From Octopus bimaculoides (lineage: Eukaryota), in NCBI RefSeq assembly GCF_001194135.2, contig NC_068989.1, forward strand, positions 21,833,526 to 21,897,525: a stretch of DNA of 64,000 nucleotides, given 5' to 3'. A program made the position numbers and the translations under genes. Numbering within the stretch: position 1 is the first letter of the stretch; each line of letters opens with the position of its first letter. The notes below the pieces were generated by a model. The model was not told the origin of the DNA. It searched no databases and worked only from the letters and a program-made list of their open reading frames with translations. Shown here piece after piece: positions 12,611-27,111 of the stretch.

Positions 12611-13499
12611 TGTTTAAGAATAAGTTTCTGATCTTTGCCTTGAGGAAATGTATAACATAATTACTTCTAAATTGATATTATTGAATTGTAAAAGTAATTT
12701 TACAATGAAATGTTCTCATAAATATAGAACATTTAAATATTTCAATACTAAATAACCCATCAATTATGATTGCTTTTCCTACAAACTGATAGGCATAATT
12801 TTTCTAAAACATTTCTTAGCATATTTAATTGATAGAAAACTAATTGTCATGACATAGGATTTCTATGTTCCTATTCATTCATTACATACTGACGTCATCA
12901 AAAGTTAAATATTAAACTGGATTTTCTTAAAATATTATATTTCTTCTTCACATTTATTTTTGCATGCATTCATTTATTAGAGATATTTTCTAAGTTCACT
13001 TTTAATTTAAAGTATTTTGAATTGCTTTGATAATCTGTGTTTGCATATATTTTCAGATGCATTAATTTGACTGGTATAAAATACCAGTCAAATTAACATA
13101 ACTTTTTCTGTATCTAAATATGTTGACACAATAGAAATGATAGTTGGTAATGTATGGTGCAATCATCAATTAAAGATGTGATTTTCTCCTTTCTTATTTT
13201 TGTTGTCTTATACTCTGAATTTCTTGAAATGATATTTGGATTTACTTTGCCATACATGAAGAATTATCTTGAATGTTTATTCTATTTGCATTTATTGTTA
13301 TCTGATTGTTGGATATAGTTAACCAAATTCATTTAACACCTCATGCTTTATAGATATCTGCCTGGATTTATTAATCCCTTTTACTTCTTGATATCTATAT
13401 GAGAGCTGATCACACGGTAAAGCCACTTGGTACAGATTGACCTTGTATTCTGCTGTGCATGTGCACTAAGTTTTAATGTTCTAGCTCACTTCCACTGTT

Positions 13500-14160
13500 T
13501 ACAACAGTGCTTCAAAGGAACATGTGTAGTGTGTGATCATGACACTGACCATGACAGAGAAAATTGAGCAGAGAATCTGCATCAAATTTTGCCAAAAGTT
13601 TGGCAATACCTGCTCAGAGTCCAATGCAAAGTTTTCAAAAGGTTTTCATCGTTCTCAACACAATCAAGATCTTGTGCAACTGAAACCTCGAGTGTCTTTT
13701 TGGTCAGCTGAAAACAGTTTTGACACATATCTCATACCCAAATCTTCAGTGATAATGGACTGAACTGAACCGTAACTAATCTGCACATCCTCTGATAACT
13801 CACAGCTGCATGCACATTTGCAATGTTTTTCTCAGTTCTGCTGGTTGCAGGTCTCCCAGAACGTTCATCGATATCAACATTTTTTCAGCCATCTACGAAA
13901 CGTCTGAACCACTCGTACACTTGTGTGCAGCTCATACACTTCTCTTCATACACTTTCTGCAACTTTGTGTAGGCCTCTGAGCAGGTACTGCCATGACAAC
14001 TTTCTCTGTCATGTTCAATGCAACAATCACATACTACACACCTTCCTTCCAAGCAGTGTTGTAAGAAGCAGCAGTGAGCTAAAATATCAAAACTTAGTGC
14101 ACATGCACAGCAGAGTTCAAGGTCAATTTGTGCCGAGCAGCTTTACTCTGCATTCTTTAG
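13500..14160 (+). mobile_element. Mariner-derived non-autonomous remnant
   Basis: MTEKIEQRICIKFCQKFGNTCSES (13533 onward) resembles a mariner transposase N-terminus. 13800-14110 is related sequence in the opposite orientation. Confidence 0.65.
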
Positions 14161-14246
14161 CTTCGTTACTATGGCAACAGTCCGGACACTTATTGATCAG
14201 CAAGCGCGCACATGTGTGTGTGTGTGTGTTTGTGTGTGCGTGCGCG

Positions 14247-14282
<36 letters not shown>

Positions 14283-14873
14283 CCCCAGAGGGGATTAACA
14301 CACATTACTGATAGCATATATAATAATACTACAGTTGGATCCAGAGAAAAGATATCTAATGATGGCATGACAGTACTAATGATGGTTCTTTCATATGTAA
14401 TTACATTGCTACAGATCCTGGAAGATATAGTCAATTGTAATATTTAATATATGATTGTTACTTGATCAAACATGAAAAGATGAAAGGCAAAAGGCCATTA
14501 TGTAACTTAGAGGGAGAGGACAGAGTACACAGTACTCAACCAGTAACTTTGTCTTATAAACACAGATGAGATTGAAGCAAAGATCATAAATGGTCATAAC
14601 TAAATTAGCACATGACCAATTTTGCCAATCCACTGCCCTTCCTTCATTCATTTTTACATCAGTTTTTCTGATAGTATGGGTTAGACAAATATGTTGCTGA
14701 GGCATTGTTATACAAATAGATACTCTTCCTGACACTAATTTTCAGTTGGTTTGTATCCCACATGGCTTAAGAAGTACAAAGCAAAGGAACAGTTTATTGA
14801 CAGAGGTACCAACAACAATGCCATCCAATTATGATTTTCATAAAAGAAAGCACAGATATAAAACACAAGCACA

Positions 14874-14926
<53 letters not shown>

Positions 14927-15302
14927 GACTTCTTTTTAATTTCTATCTGCCAAATTCACCCAGGGCTTTGGCTGACCCATGGCTACAGTTGAATATACAT
15001 GCCTCATGTGCCATACAGTTGGACTCAACCTGAAACCGCATGGTTGAGAAATGATACAACCATACCTGTAACTATTCATTTATGTTAACAAAGACAAGAA
15101 CTGAAGATAGACATTACGAAACAACTGAACAATAGTATTATAAATTCAGTGAAGCTTTTTTTTAGCAGGTATACATATACACAAACATACATACTCAGTA
15201 ATAACCTGAAGTCAAAACGCAAAGTTTTGAAACTAAAAGCTACTCCTTACCAGTTTTAAAACTGGTAAGGAATAGCTTTAGGCATCTCACAAGATAACCA
15301 AT

Positions 15303-15519
15303 ATTCTTTTCTACTCTACGCATAAGGCCCGAAATTTTTGGGGAGGGGGGCCAGTCGATTACATCAACCCCAGTATGCAACTGGTACTTAATTTATCAAC
15401 CCCGAAAAGATGAAAGGTAAAGTCAACCTCAGCGGAATTTGAACTCAGAACATAAAAACAGATGAAATACTGCTAAGCATTTCGCCCGGCATGCTAACGC
15501 TTCTGCCAGCTAACCACCT
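15303..15519 (-). mobile_element. SINE family B copy with heavy CpG decay
   Basis: Matches the copies at 48.3-49.3, 52.9-53.5 and 55.0-55.6 kb (core GCCTTTCATCCTTTCGGGGTCGATAAATTAAGTACCAG), but with many CG to CA/TG changes. Confidence 0.85.
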
Positions 15520-15719
15520 TACAAGATAACCAACATTAAAACATTGACTCGAATCAACAGTCAATATAAATAGACAATATTATGCTATTTCCATTATAGT
15601 ATAATATTTTATAGCACACTACAATATTATACTATTTCTATTCAGACAGTAACGTGAATAGTTAAGTTAGTGTTAACATAGTTAATGTAGCTGAAAAGCA
15701 AAAATCCAGTTAAAAGTAC

Positions 15720-16200
15720 AGATATGGGTTGAAAAGTTCATAGAGTGACTCTGAAGGTAGAGCTATGGAATCTTGCATGCATTCATTTCAGCTCTCTTAT
15801 ATATAACTGCATTGCTTCTTTCCAGGTAAACTGACACCTGACTGTTCAAAGAAGGCTTTAAAAGTAACTAGTAGCGACTTGAAAATGGACAAAATATGGC
15901 ATCATAATGTTATCAAAATATGGCATCATAGTGTTATCAAGTACCAGCAGAAAAAGAGTTTGGCCCCCAAGGACATTCATGCTGACATGCTTGCTACATT
16001 AGAGGATGACACGCCATCTTTATCAACAGTGCAAAAGTGGGTAGCTGAATTTAGGAGGTGAAGGCAGAGTTTTACAGATGATCCAAGATCTGGACGACCT
16101 GCAGCTTCCACCACCGAGGAAAACAATGAATGTGTTCACCTCATATTTGATGAAGAAATACAGGAGGCATGGTTCAGTTTTGATAGACTTTCTCAGCAAA
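15720..16200 (+). mobile_element. Mariner transposase 5' remnant (HTH region)
   Basis: MDKIWHHSVIKY...KDIHADMLATLEDDTPSLSTVQKWVAEFRR followed by DDPRSGRP; contains stops and a 25-bp tandem duplication. Confidence 0.75.
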
Positions 16201-16948
16201 GCAGAGAAAGTCTAACAAGTCTTATAATATTGGACATAAGTAATTGTGAAAAATTAGCTGATTTAAGAAAATTATCATTGATGTTAGTCACTGAAGGAGT
16301 AATATGAATAATCCTATTAGGTAGGGTAGATAAGAGTGTAAATCAGGAAGCCTAATCAAGCAATGATCAACCTGAGACACTATGTTCAAGAATGGTGTGA
16401 TCTTTTTTTTATGCAAGTCAGTTTATCGTGACTTTTGAACTCTAAACAATGAACATGATTAAAAAAAAATCTCTAAAGCTTCCCCTTTTGTAAGATATTT
16501 TTGCTCATTAGACTTTTCATTAGTAAGTTATGAATTAGTCAAGTGTATTCAGGAGTACATGAACACACATATGTGGGTGATATACAGACACATATGAGTC
16601 ATTAACGGGTTTTAAAATAATTATATATAACATGTGATGTGCAATCTTTCACAATCATCAAATTTTTTTTTTATTTTTAGATGATTTAAAACTGTTGAAT
16701 GGTGCACAGAAACATCTTCGAAGTTAAATGAACAATATCCAGTTCATAATTTCTTAGTTTTGAAACTACATCACACATTTTACACCGTATATACGTTATA
16801 TCAATTCTCAGTCTGTAACATGAATCAGCTAATTAGGTAAAATTAAATATTTGCACAGTCAGTACCTTGGGAAGTACCCTCTACTGTAGCCCTGGGCCAA
16901 CCAAAGCCTTATGAGTAGATTTAGTAGACAGAAACCTACAGCAGCTCA

Positions 16949-16986
<38 letters not shown>

Positions 16987-18679
16987 TAGTGTTCAGTGAA
17001 GGAAAGACGACAAAAAAAGTTATCCATTTCGTGTGTTTAATGAATATAGTATAAATTTTTATTAGCTACTAATAGTTTCGTGTGATGAAAACAACACAGA
17101 CAGCATTTTATAACACATCTGGTGCCTTCATGCAATTTCAGGCAGTGCTCACATGGTGTGTGTGTGTGTGTGTGTGTGCGCGCGCACGCATGTGTGTGCA
17201 TATGTCTTTCTACTGCTTGACAACCGATGTTGGTCTGTTTACATCCTTGTAACTTAGCAGTTCAGCAAAAGAACTCGACAGAATAAGTAACAGACTTAAA
17301 AAAGGGTGAGTACTAGTTGCAATTTGTTTGACTAAAGCCCTTCAAGTGCTGTCCCAACATGACTGCAGCACAATGTCTCAAACAAGTAAAAGAGAACTGA
17401 TAAACAGTTGGATGCAATATCTTACTGTCAGGCATTTTGAAAGTCTTCATGGTTTATTAAATAATAATAGCTGCCAAACTAACTGTTGATACTTTCATGT
17501 TTGAAATAAGTGTTATGTGATAGAGTAGACAACAGCTTCCTGTATCATCAAGTTTGTTTATTGCAATTACTCTTATGCTGCTAATGAAAAAATACAAAGC
17601 AATAGATCTGAAGACAATATATCAGTAATACTTATCACTAAATGCTCAGTTAGTTGATAGGCAGCAAGTCAACTGCACAGAGAGCAAAACTATTTTGTTT
17701 CAAACTAAGGACCCACATACAGTTCACTATAGCATTTCAAAGACTGCGCATACATTTGGTCATAACAAAAAATATACTGAGCTCAATTATAATAAAATAA
17801 ACTAAGAGATATCAGAAATATTATTGGAATATGAATTCCAACCAAAAAGTAGAAATATTCCCCTTAATAACATTTGTATTACTAAAAACACCATATTTGT
17901 ATTGAGGCTGGTTTTATTCATCTTAGAGATTGTGTGTCAGAAAAACTGACACACAATTAGTTGACATCAGTATCACTATCCTTTATATATGTTTCTCTAT
18001 TCAAGTTAGCACATCTGCCTGGAAGGCTGTATTTCAACTTGGAATAATGAAAAACAAGAGCTTCATTTTGGTTTGCCAGTTGAGGGGATCAAGCCATACG
18101 CTTGGCCACAAAAGACTTCAGTGTTGATTATGAAATTAGCAAAAATGATTTATGATTTAAAGATGTTGTTTATACAAACATCTTCCAAATTACTTCCTAG
18201 TTGGGCTCAAAGTTGAATCAATCAGTATTTAACCTAGATGAAAAGATCCTTACTCCACATAATATAGAAAAAGATTTTAAATTAATAATAGTCTAACAAC
18301 AAACCCTATAGAATATCTTAAAATCTCTGTTTTGCTATGTAAGTCTCAAGAATTAATATAAATTAAAAAATAAGATTGAAGATAAAAATCAATAACTGAG
18401 GAATTATTTAGGAATTATTTGGAAATTAGTTTTGAAAATATGTTTTGAAGCTGCCTTATTGAAGAAATATCTGACGGCAGGTCCTAAATATTATCATCTG
18501 CCATTTTTCACACAGAACCATATGAAATGAGATATAGTTGTAATATATCAAAATCTAAAGAATGAAGTTGTTTTAATTCATCAGATGTANNNNNNNNNNA
18601 CACACACACACACACACACACGCACACACACGCACACACGCACGCACACGCACACACACACACACACACACACCGTTTA

Positions 18680-19590
18680 TCTTTTACTTGTTTCAGTCAT
18701 TAGACTGTAGGCCTTTGAAGAATTTTAGTCAAATGAGCTAACCCCAGTACTTATTCTATCAATCTCTTTTGCCAAACTGCTAAGTTACAGGGATGTAAAC
18801 ACAAAAAAAATACCAAATGTCAAACAGTAGTGAGGGGATAGACACAAACACATGCAGACACACACACACACACACACGATGGGCTTCTTTTAGTTTCTGT
18901 CTACAAAATCCACTCACAAGGCTTTGGTCAGCCCAAGGTACCATGCAGTAGTGGTATGAACCCACAACCATGCAACTGGGAAGCAAATTTCATACCACAC
19001 AGCCACTCCTGCGCCTATATACACACACCCACAAATATTCTCACCTACATCTTTTCACTTGTCTCGGTCATTTGACTGCAGCCATGCTGGAGCACTACCT
19101 TGAAGGGTTTCAGTCAAACAGATCGACCCCAGGGCTTATTTTTTAAGCTTTGTTCTCCTGGTCTTCTTTGCCAAACCACAAAGTTACGGTGATGTAAACA
19201 CACTAACACCAGTTGTCAAGCAGTAATGCAAGGACAAACAGACACAAAGACACACACACATGTGTATGTGTGTGCGTGTGTATGTGTGTGTGTGTATGTA
19301 AAAGGCTTCTTTCAGTTTCTGTCTACAAAATCCACTCACAAGGCTTTAGTAGAAGACACTTGCCCAAGATGCCATGCAGTGGAACTGAACCCAGAACCCT
19401 GTGGTTAAGAAGCAGGCTTCTTACCACACAGGCTTCTTTCAATTTCCATCTACAAAATCCACTCACAAGGCCTTGGTCAGCCCAAAGCTATAGTAGAAGA
19501 CACTTGCCCAAAGTGCCATGCTGTAGTGGTATGAACCCGCAACCATGTGGTTGGGAAGCAAATTACTTACCACAGAGCTACTCTTGCACC
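18680..19590. mobile_element. Cluster of SINE family C/D fragments (other copies about 1430-1585, 32630-32787, 36782-36960, 37346-37500, 59722-60090, 61215-61625)
   Basis: Repeated aaatccactcacaaggctttggtcagcc...gacacttgcccaag and tcagtcatttgactgcggccatgctggagcacc motifs, with microsatellite linkers. Confidence 0.8.
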
Positions 19591-20096
19591 TATACACACA
19601 CACACACACACACCTATATATATAAAACACACACACATATCTGCACACATACCAACATAGAAAGAAAGCACATTAAATAATTATGATGATGATAATGATG
19701 ACACACACACACACACACACACACACGCACGGGAGGAAAGAATGCTATTAGCTATGGCAAGATGGCACAAATTTCTTTCCTTAAAATAAAAAAAAAATTT
19801 TTTAAAAAACATTACAAAAGTTTCTATTGAATGTCTCCTATCCCTCTAGTATTTAATAACATAAAAAGTCAGATTCATTTTTTTTTTTTTATTCAGTACT
19901 ACTAGAATAGAAAGAAAATTTAAGAAAAAAACGCATTGTCATTACAGTAAAGTTAAGAATATTAGTCACATAATTCAAGTATCACTCATAAAATACCCAA
20001 AACAATAAGTAAAAGTAGGAAAATAGAATATGTATGTTGTAAACTTCAGAAGTAAGTGTGGAGTATTCACCATACAAATATAAATCTGAGATTTAA

Positions 20097-20316
20097 CCCT
20101 TTAGCATTCAGGTTTCTTTGTCGAGCGTATTGCTTTTTTATTCACATTGTTTTGTACTAACCATGCATCATCTTGTAGCTTCAAGATTTTGATCGTGTGT
20201 TTGTATATTTTTAGAATAACCTTGTAGGGTAGGTGTGCCAGGTTGCATTTAGTCAGTTTTAACATAAAACAGGTAGAATATTTGGGCCAGGTATGGCTGG
20301 ATTAAATGCTAAAGAG
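20097..20316. mobile_element. piggyBac-type MITE (other copies 21959-22127 and fragment about 5826-6005)
   Basis: TTAA|CCCTTTAGCATT...AATGCTAAAGAG|TTAA; three related copies in the window. Confidence 0.7.
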
Positions 20317-21429
20317 TTAACAAGCAAAAGGTGTTTTGGGGGACTGTCTCTGGAAAGTAAAGGATAGGCTTCCCTTTTTTACAATTAAAGCTGGAATGTA
20401 CAAATGTATAAATTTCCAGTTATAAAGCTGGTCAACTAATGTAACAGTTATTTCCAATGAAAATATAACTTTTAATAATGAAATTTTGTTAATTTGTCAT
20501 ACAATTATTTAATCTGAACACAAATTTTGTCTAATGTAAAATTTTTAGTAACCTTTAATTCCTGTCTAGATTCTACTTTAACTATAGTTAAAAAAAGGGG
20601 AAGTGGTTAGTCTTAAATAATTTCAGCCATACACCAAATCTTGAACAAGCAAACGATGAAACCTCTACGTGATTTTTCAATCTGCTTTAAATACCAGCCA
20701 AATCAAGGGTTTTAAAACACACACACATATTGGCTGATGTGGTTATAAATTAGGATAGTCATGGATGGAATGTCTTTCATCAAGGTGAGCTCAATCAGGG
20801 CTAGTACTAATCAAAATCTCCTCATGGTGCACACACCAACTTCAAAATTATAAGCTGAATGTCAACTTTAGCAGTCCAGGATGGTCTCCCCTAATGACAC
20901 AGGACCACAAATACTGTGAAGGGTAGAATACACTGCTTAACAGGTACTTCATTTTATCGACCCTGGAAAGACAAAGGGGAAAAAGCCAACCCCAGAAGGA
21001 TTTGAACTAAGACTATAAAGAGTCATTCATAACTGACGCCAGGAATTTTGTTTGCCAAACTAGTATTTCTGCTACTATGAGGCCTTTCTCTGACTAAATA
21101 TCAAAAATAATGCTATATTGCATGGGCAAGAATAAAACCTTGTTTATTTACTACTAACAGAATACAAAGGTGACATGAATGAACTAACAACCATCTAGAT
21201 CAGTTGTGCAGAATATCTGAAATACCAGGAGTTTATTGTAAATACATATAAACCTGGGGTGGTATATCTACACTGAAAAAAATAATGAATCTTGAATTAT
21301 ATAAGATTCAGTGCACTGACATGGCCACAGCCTTAGGGCTGAAACATATAAAAGAATAAAAATTGTAATGTAGATGTCTTGCAAACAACTCTCACATGCA
21401 AGTGCTACCAGTCAAGAACTCTGCATACT

Positions 21430-21900
21430 GGAAGCCAGCATGTGTATGGGGTCATCGGGAGAGAATGCGTGCCGTTTCGGGGCCTACCTCTCGATAGCAT
21501 TAATGCGCACCAGCCCCTATCACTGATATGAGGCCCCGCTTGCTAGATCAACTGGTTATTAAAAACAAAGCTCAATATTTCTCTAGCCATCGCTCATCGT
21601 CTATTTTTAACCAAATCCAGTGGCTAGCCTTCTCCACTGTAGTTTGGACATCGGTCACGGTGGTATTTACTTTACGATGAGTTAGGCCTAACGATAACAA
21701 CAGTCGTCTCACACTGTGTCCAACAAACCCTCTACATCCAACTTCGATTGGAAAATTCTCCACTTTCCAGCTTGCGTCTTCACATTCCTCTAGGTTTACA
21801 TAACGGTCAATCTTTCGAGCCCAAGCGGCGTCCATATTATCTTCATGAGGAACCGTTAACTCGACTAGATTTACAACTTACCTTCTTTCACACTACATTA
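21430..21900 (-). mobile_element. 3' end of an RLE-type non-LTR retrotransposon (Hero-like)
   Basis: ELTVPHEDN-MDAAWARKIDRY...WKVENFPIEVGCRGFVG...TTVEKASHWIWLK, a restriction-like endonuclease C-terminus, followed by 3'UTR. Confidence 0.7.
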
Positions 21901-24900
21901 AAATGTCCGGTTTTTCCGTAACTGGGATGGGAAAGAATGTTTTGGTATTAAGACTTAACCCTTCAATATTCAGATTACTTGTCAAATGTAATACTTATCT
22001 ATTCATATTGTTTGGAATTAATTATGCATTATTTCATAGATATTGTAAGGTAGGCCAGATCTGGCCAGTTTGAACATAACACAGGTAGAATATTTAGGCC
22101 GATTATAGCCAGTTTAAAGGTAAAGGATTAAATACTGTTGTTTCCTTATAGATTTTTTTGAGAATATCAGTGGAAACAGTCGCAATGTGAATGAAACTTT
22201 GCCCACGTGCACCGGCTTTCACCCCCACCCATGTCTAACTAAACACCTGAGGTATGTTATTTGTCCTGACATGCAAAGGGGTTCTCTATACAATGTAACT
22301 AACCATTAATTATACCACATATCCTAAAATGCAAAATGTACCCCGTTTCTGGCTTAACTGGTCACATGAAGCATACCATGTATCCTACATGCAAGAGGCT
22401 CCCTCTACCCTGATCTAACTGACTGCATGAGATATACCATGTGTTCTAACAAGTGAAACAAATGTAAAGTAGAAATGTAAATATATATAACACTGAACAT
22501 CACACTTGCAATTAATCCCAAACTAATCACCCTACTGAAACAATATAGCAACAACCAGCAATAAGCCTCTTAATTACTAATGCTTTGCTGACATACAAAA
22601 GGCTCACATCACTTGGGGAAAACTAGACACATTTATAGTTAAGCATGGTAATAGAATGTTTATAAAGATTAGCTCAATTGATCTGGGGTTTCATCGTTGT
22701 AACTATTGTAGCTGGTTCTATCAAATAATCTAGACTGGGGTGAAATACTGAAGGTTGACATGGCTGACTCGAGGTCAAACAACATGAGGTAATGGTCATA
22801 GAGATATGATCAGACTTTCAAAACATGAACACCCACAACTTACTTCCTCTCATTATGATCCAGGACTATTATAACCAACGTGTAATGTCCCTTTTTTAAG
22901 ATGGTGAAATGTGATTTGTTGCAGGTCACCAACTACATAGAGGATCCCTTATAAGCTTGATTATTTCACATGTTCCAATTTAGTTTAATGATGTAGTGCA
23001 ATTTCATTTCATACAGTGCAGGATTTTGACTGGTTTCTACTTTGGTTTCATAGCTCAGTCAAGAGAATGGCCACCAACCTTTTGCATGAACTCAGAAGCT
23101 GGGTAGGGGACATCAAGATAAACTCAGACTGAGAACTCGGGTCGAGTGTTTGAAACAGAATTAGTACTCCACGAAAAGGAACTCAAGGAAAGCAGGGCAG
23201 ATGGAAGGTTTAAACCAAATGATGGATTAGGATTTGTTCTGACTGAACATATTTTGAGAAAAAAAAAAAAATATACCACAGCACACTAATATGAATGGCA
23301 AAAATGAAGATATAAATTTTTATTATGTTGAGGGGGCTTTGGGAAAGTAATACATTTCCCTAACAATGTAACAAGATATAGCAATTTGTTAAACGAATCT
23401 ACTAATTATGCTACAGATAGGGAACTGTGGTGAAAATGGATTAATAAGTTTGGATACACAACATTTCTTTCAGACTACTCCTTATGGAAAGAGAATGTGA
23501 TGAAACAAAATATCTTGATAGTTACATTGTACCCCCCAATACAATGCAAATATTATGACAGTGTGCAGTGAGTTTGCACATGAAACTGAAGCATGCGCTA
23601 AACATGACCTGCATCTAAAAATAATCAGGAAGTTACATAACACTATAAACATTATTTAATAGCACATGCTTTTTACACCTCTGAGCCTAATCATTCTATT
23701 CTGCATATTTAGAAATATCACATTGAGGCACAGAAACAGAAAACACGAAACAAAATAGAAAAAAAAAGAAAGAAATTATGTGGTATATCATTACATGCTG
23801 ATGACAGTTGCTGTCACACCTGAAAATCTTATTAAGCTGGTGAAGGTATGTGCAGGCAAGATGCATGCTAAAGAAGTTTGCTTCACACCCATGTTGTTCC
23901 AGGTTCAATCACACTGCACAGCAACATGAGCAAGTGTCTTCTTCTGTAGACCAGGGCTGACTTATGCCCTTTGTGAGTGAAGTTAGTAGACAGAGACTGT
24001 GAAGAAGCCCATCATTTACATGTGTGTGCATCTGAGTGTATGCATGTGTGTGCATCTGAGTGTATGCATGTGTGTGAGCATGTTCAAGCATGCATGCATA
24101 CATGTTGATACGTGTCACACAGGACTAAATAAATCGTCTGATTGAGTGGGAGAATAGTAGAGAGGGAGACAGCTTTATGCAGTATCAAGAAGATAAAGTA
24201 TGAAAGATGGGGAAGGAACAGGTTTCTTGCCATAGAGGAAATATCTAGTTCCCTCACACAATATATGGTGGGTGGACAAGAATAATCAGGGTGGAAAGAG
24301 AGAAAAAGATGATCCTGGTGAGGTATCACAGCATATCCTCAAGATACAAGAAGGGAAATGGAAGAGTGTGAAGAGAAAGGACTGAGAAAGTTAAATGGGT
24401 AGAGGATGCGAGAGAGTGTAGAAGGAGAGTGGGAGATGGTTAGAGATGGGGTAGGGGTAAATGTAACAAATGGAAAGTAAAGGTGGAGGGGTAGTCAATG
24501 ATTAATATGAATTGGAGAGAAGGTGATAAGATTGAAGGATGGATATCATTAAAGTGCTTTTAATTAGCATTTGATAAAAGCCAGAATATAAAGAATATTA
24601 CTCGATTTTTGCCTCTAAAATGTTGTAAAAATTTGATGAATAGTAATAGATTGACCACAACTAATATTCCAGCTATTATTATCTCATACACATATGTTCG
24701 TCACTGGAACACTGTGAGCAGTTGGGGTGGTATTGCTTTGCTTACATAGATTTTTTTTTATATTACTAGTGGTGAGAGTAAGCAGAGCGATAACAGGTAA
24801 ATTTTGCAGGACTTTATGAGGTTTAAAATATTGCTCATGTTGATATTTATAGAGAAAAGTGGTGTAGATATGTTTAATGTTTGGTTTAGTATGAGACACA

Positions 24901-26730
24901 GAAAGACTGACAAGTGGAAGAATCAGGTTGGTTTTAGGTAATGGGACAGTGAGGGCGTGATGCTCGTAGTAGCAGTAGTTATGGCGCTTTGGAGTATGCA
25001 GTGTTAGTAGTGATGGACAGTGATGGTATGGAGCTTATAGTAGTAGAGCCTACAACAGCAGCAGCAACGGTGGAGTATTGGTATGGTGCTGTGGTAAAAG
25101 CAGTAATGGGATATAGCTTAAAGCAGCAGTCATGGACAGTGAAGTTATGGGGCTGCAATAGTAGCAGTGATGACAGCAGTGGTACGAAGCTAAGAGTGGT
25201 AGCAGTAGCGATGGATAATGCTGGTATGGAGTTGCAGCAGTAGGGGAAACAGTGAGGTGATTAAGGTGCTGCTACCAAATTCCAACCCTGTAGTAGACAC
25301 GAAAGTGGTGCTTTATATGCAGTATATTACTCTTGTCCATGAAGGCAGGAACTAAGCATTACTCTGCTCATGAAAGTGGGTAGGGGGTAGCAATAAATTC
25401 AGTTTTTGTTGGGGTTTTTTTTATACCTTTTTTAAACTCTTAATTACCATGCAAATACATAAATTTCCATAGATACCAAATTTATGACAACATATTTCCA
25501 CTCATTCTTTCCTTGCATGAGTTTTGGATAAAATCAAAGAACAAAGTAATATTATATCTTCTGCCATTCATGAAGATTCTGTACTAGTCTATCGTCAAAA
25601 TTAAATTGATTGAAACTGATATGATAATCAATGTTTTATATATATATATATATATACATACACATACATATATATAAGCAGAGACAGGTGTTGTCTGCCT
25701 TCAGAGAGAGAAGCTTTTCCCACGTAATACAGGTGCAGTCTATTTTAAAAATACATATTACCAAAGACAGCTGCATTCTATTTGTCATTTACTTGGTCAT
25801 GTCCCCATATACAGGTACCATCTACCTGAGAAATGTATGTCCTAGAGATAGGTCCCATCTACATCATTTACATGGAAACTAATCATCATTATTGACCAAC
25901 TGATGTGCTGCTGTTGTTTAAAACCAACACAGAATTGCTCAACCACACAACTTAGTCCCTAATGTAGATCAGACATATGTAATTTTATAGATTTGCTGTA
26001 GTTTTGCTTGTTTTTTGGGGGGGTTTTCTTCAGTGATTTACAATGCTGATTCAATTAATTGAACCACTTTTTATTCAATGTAAGATAATTTAAATTCTTC
26101 ACACACAGAAACCAGCTTCTTTGGCATGAATATATGGCAAAATAGATGTTGGATCATCAAAGAAGCCTACAATGATTACTCCACCTGTTAGAAATAAGAG
26201 CAAAATATTACTCAAATCACACCCTATTGTCTTAAAAAAGGAAGAAGACATTGGATAATGTCTTTTTATAGCTTAGAGAAAAGCAGAGAATTTATGGCTT
26301 GTGGAGTAAACTGGGGAAAGAAACTAAGACCCCTGTGATACTACATTAGAAAGAGTCATCACATAAAGAGTTATTCTAAGATTTAGTTCAAATGGTCACT
26401 ACAGAGTGAACTTTGTATAAAGCAACAAACAGTCAAGTGATGGTGTCAAAACCCAGAAGACAGATAGAGTTTCCCATTTGATATCTGTTATATGTAGTCC
26501 TACACACATCATTACGAAATAAGACAAGATGATCAAGGCTGAGTACCTTTAATCATAGGTCTGCTCAATCAGGACTAACTTGGGATTAAATACCAACAGC
26601 TTTATGTTACAACTAATACAAAATTATATCAAACGAGTTGGTTACAATAGAAAATATATTAGTATGAGAAAACATTAAAAAACACACACACAAATATAAT
26701 TCATGAAATACAGATGTGTATAATATTTAT

Positions 26731-27111
26731 GTGGAGGCGCAATGGCCCAGTGGTTAGGGCAGCGGACTCGCGGTCATAGGATCGCGGTTTCGATTCTCAA
26801 ACCGGACGTTGTGAGTGTTTATTGAGCGAAAACACCTAAACACGAGGCTCTAGCAAGGGATGGTGACGAACCCTGCTGTACTCTTTCACCACAACTTTCT
26901 CTCACTCTTACTTCCTGTTTCTGTTGTGCCTGTAATTCAAAGGGCCAGCCTTGTCACACTCTGTGTCACACTGAATCTCCCCCCGAGAACTACATTAAGG
27001 GTACACGTGTCTGTGGATTGCTCAGCCACTTGCACGTTAATTTCACGAGCAGGCTGTTCCGTTGATCGAATCAACTGGAACCCTTGTCGTCGTAACCGAC
27101 GGAGTGCCAAC
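26731..27111 (+). mobile_element. tRNA-derived SINE, family A, full length
   Basis: Head GTGGAGGCGCAATGGCCCAGTGGTTAGGG with Pol III A/B-box-like motifs; 11-bp TSD ATAATATTTAT. Confidence 0.85.

Noticed and set aside
14734-14806. Possible plus-strand exon GLYPTWLKKYKAKEQFIDR
   Set aside because: Weak donor, no partner exons and no recognisable homology.
24960-25260. 84-aa ORF MEYAVLVVMDSDG...
   Set aside because: Degenerate (GTA/GCA/GTG)n low-complexity sequence.
26731-26810. tRNA genes at SINE heads (also 46231, 56781, 58790-58822)
   Set aside because: They continue into a shared 300-bp SINE body with TSDs, and there is no proper cloverleaf or terminator.
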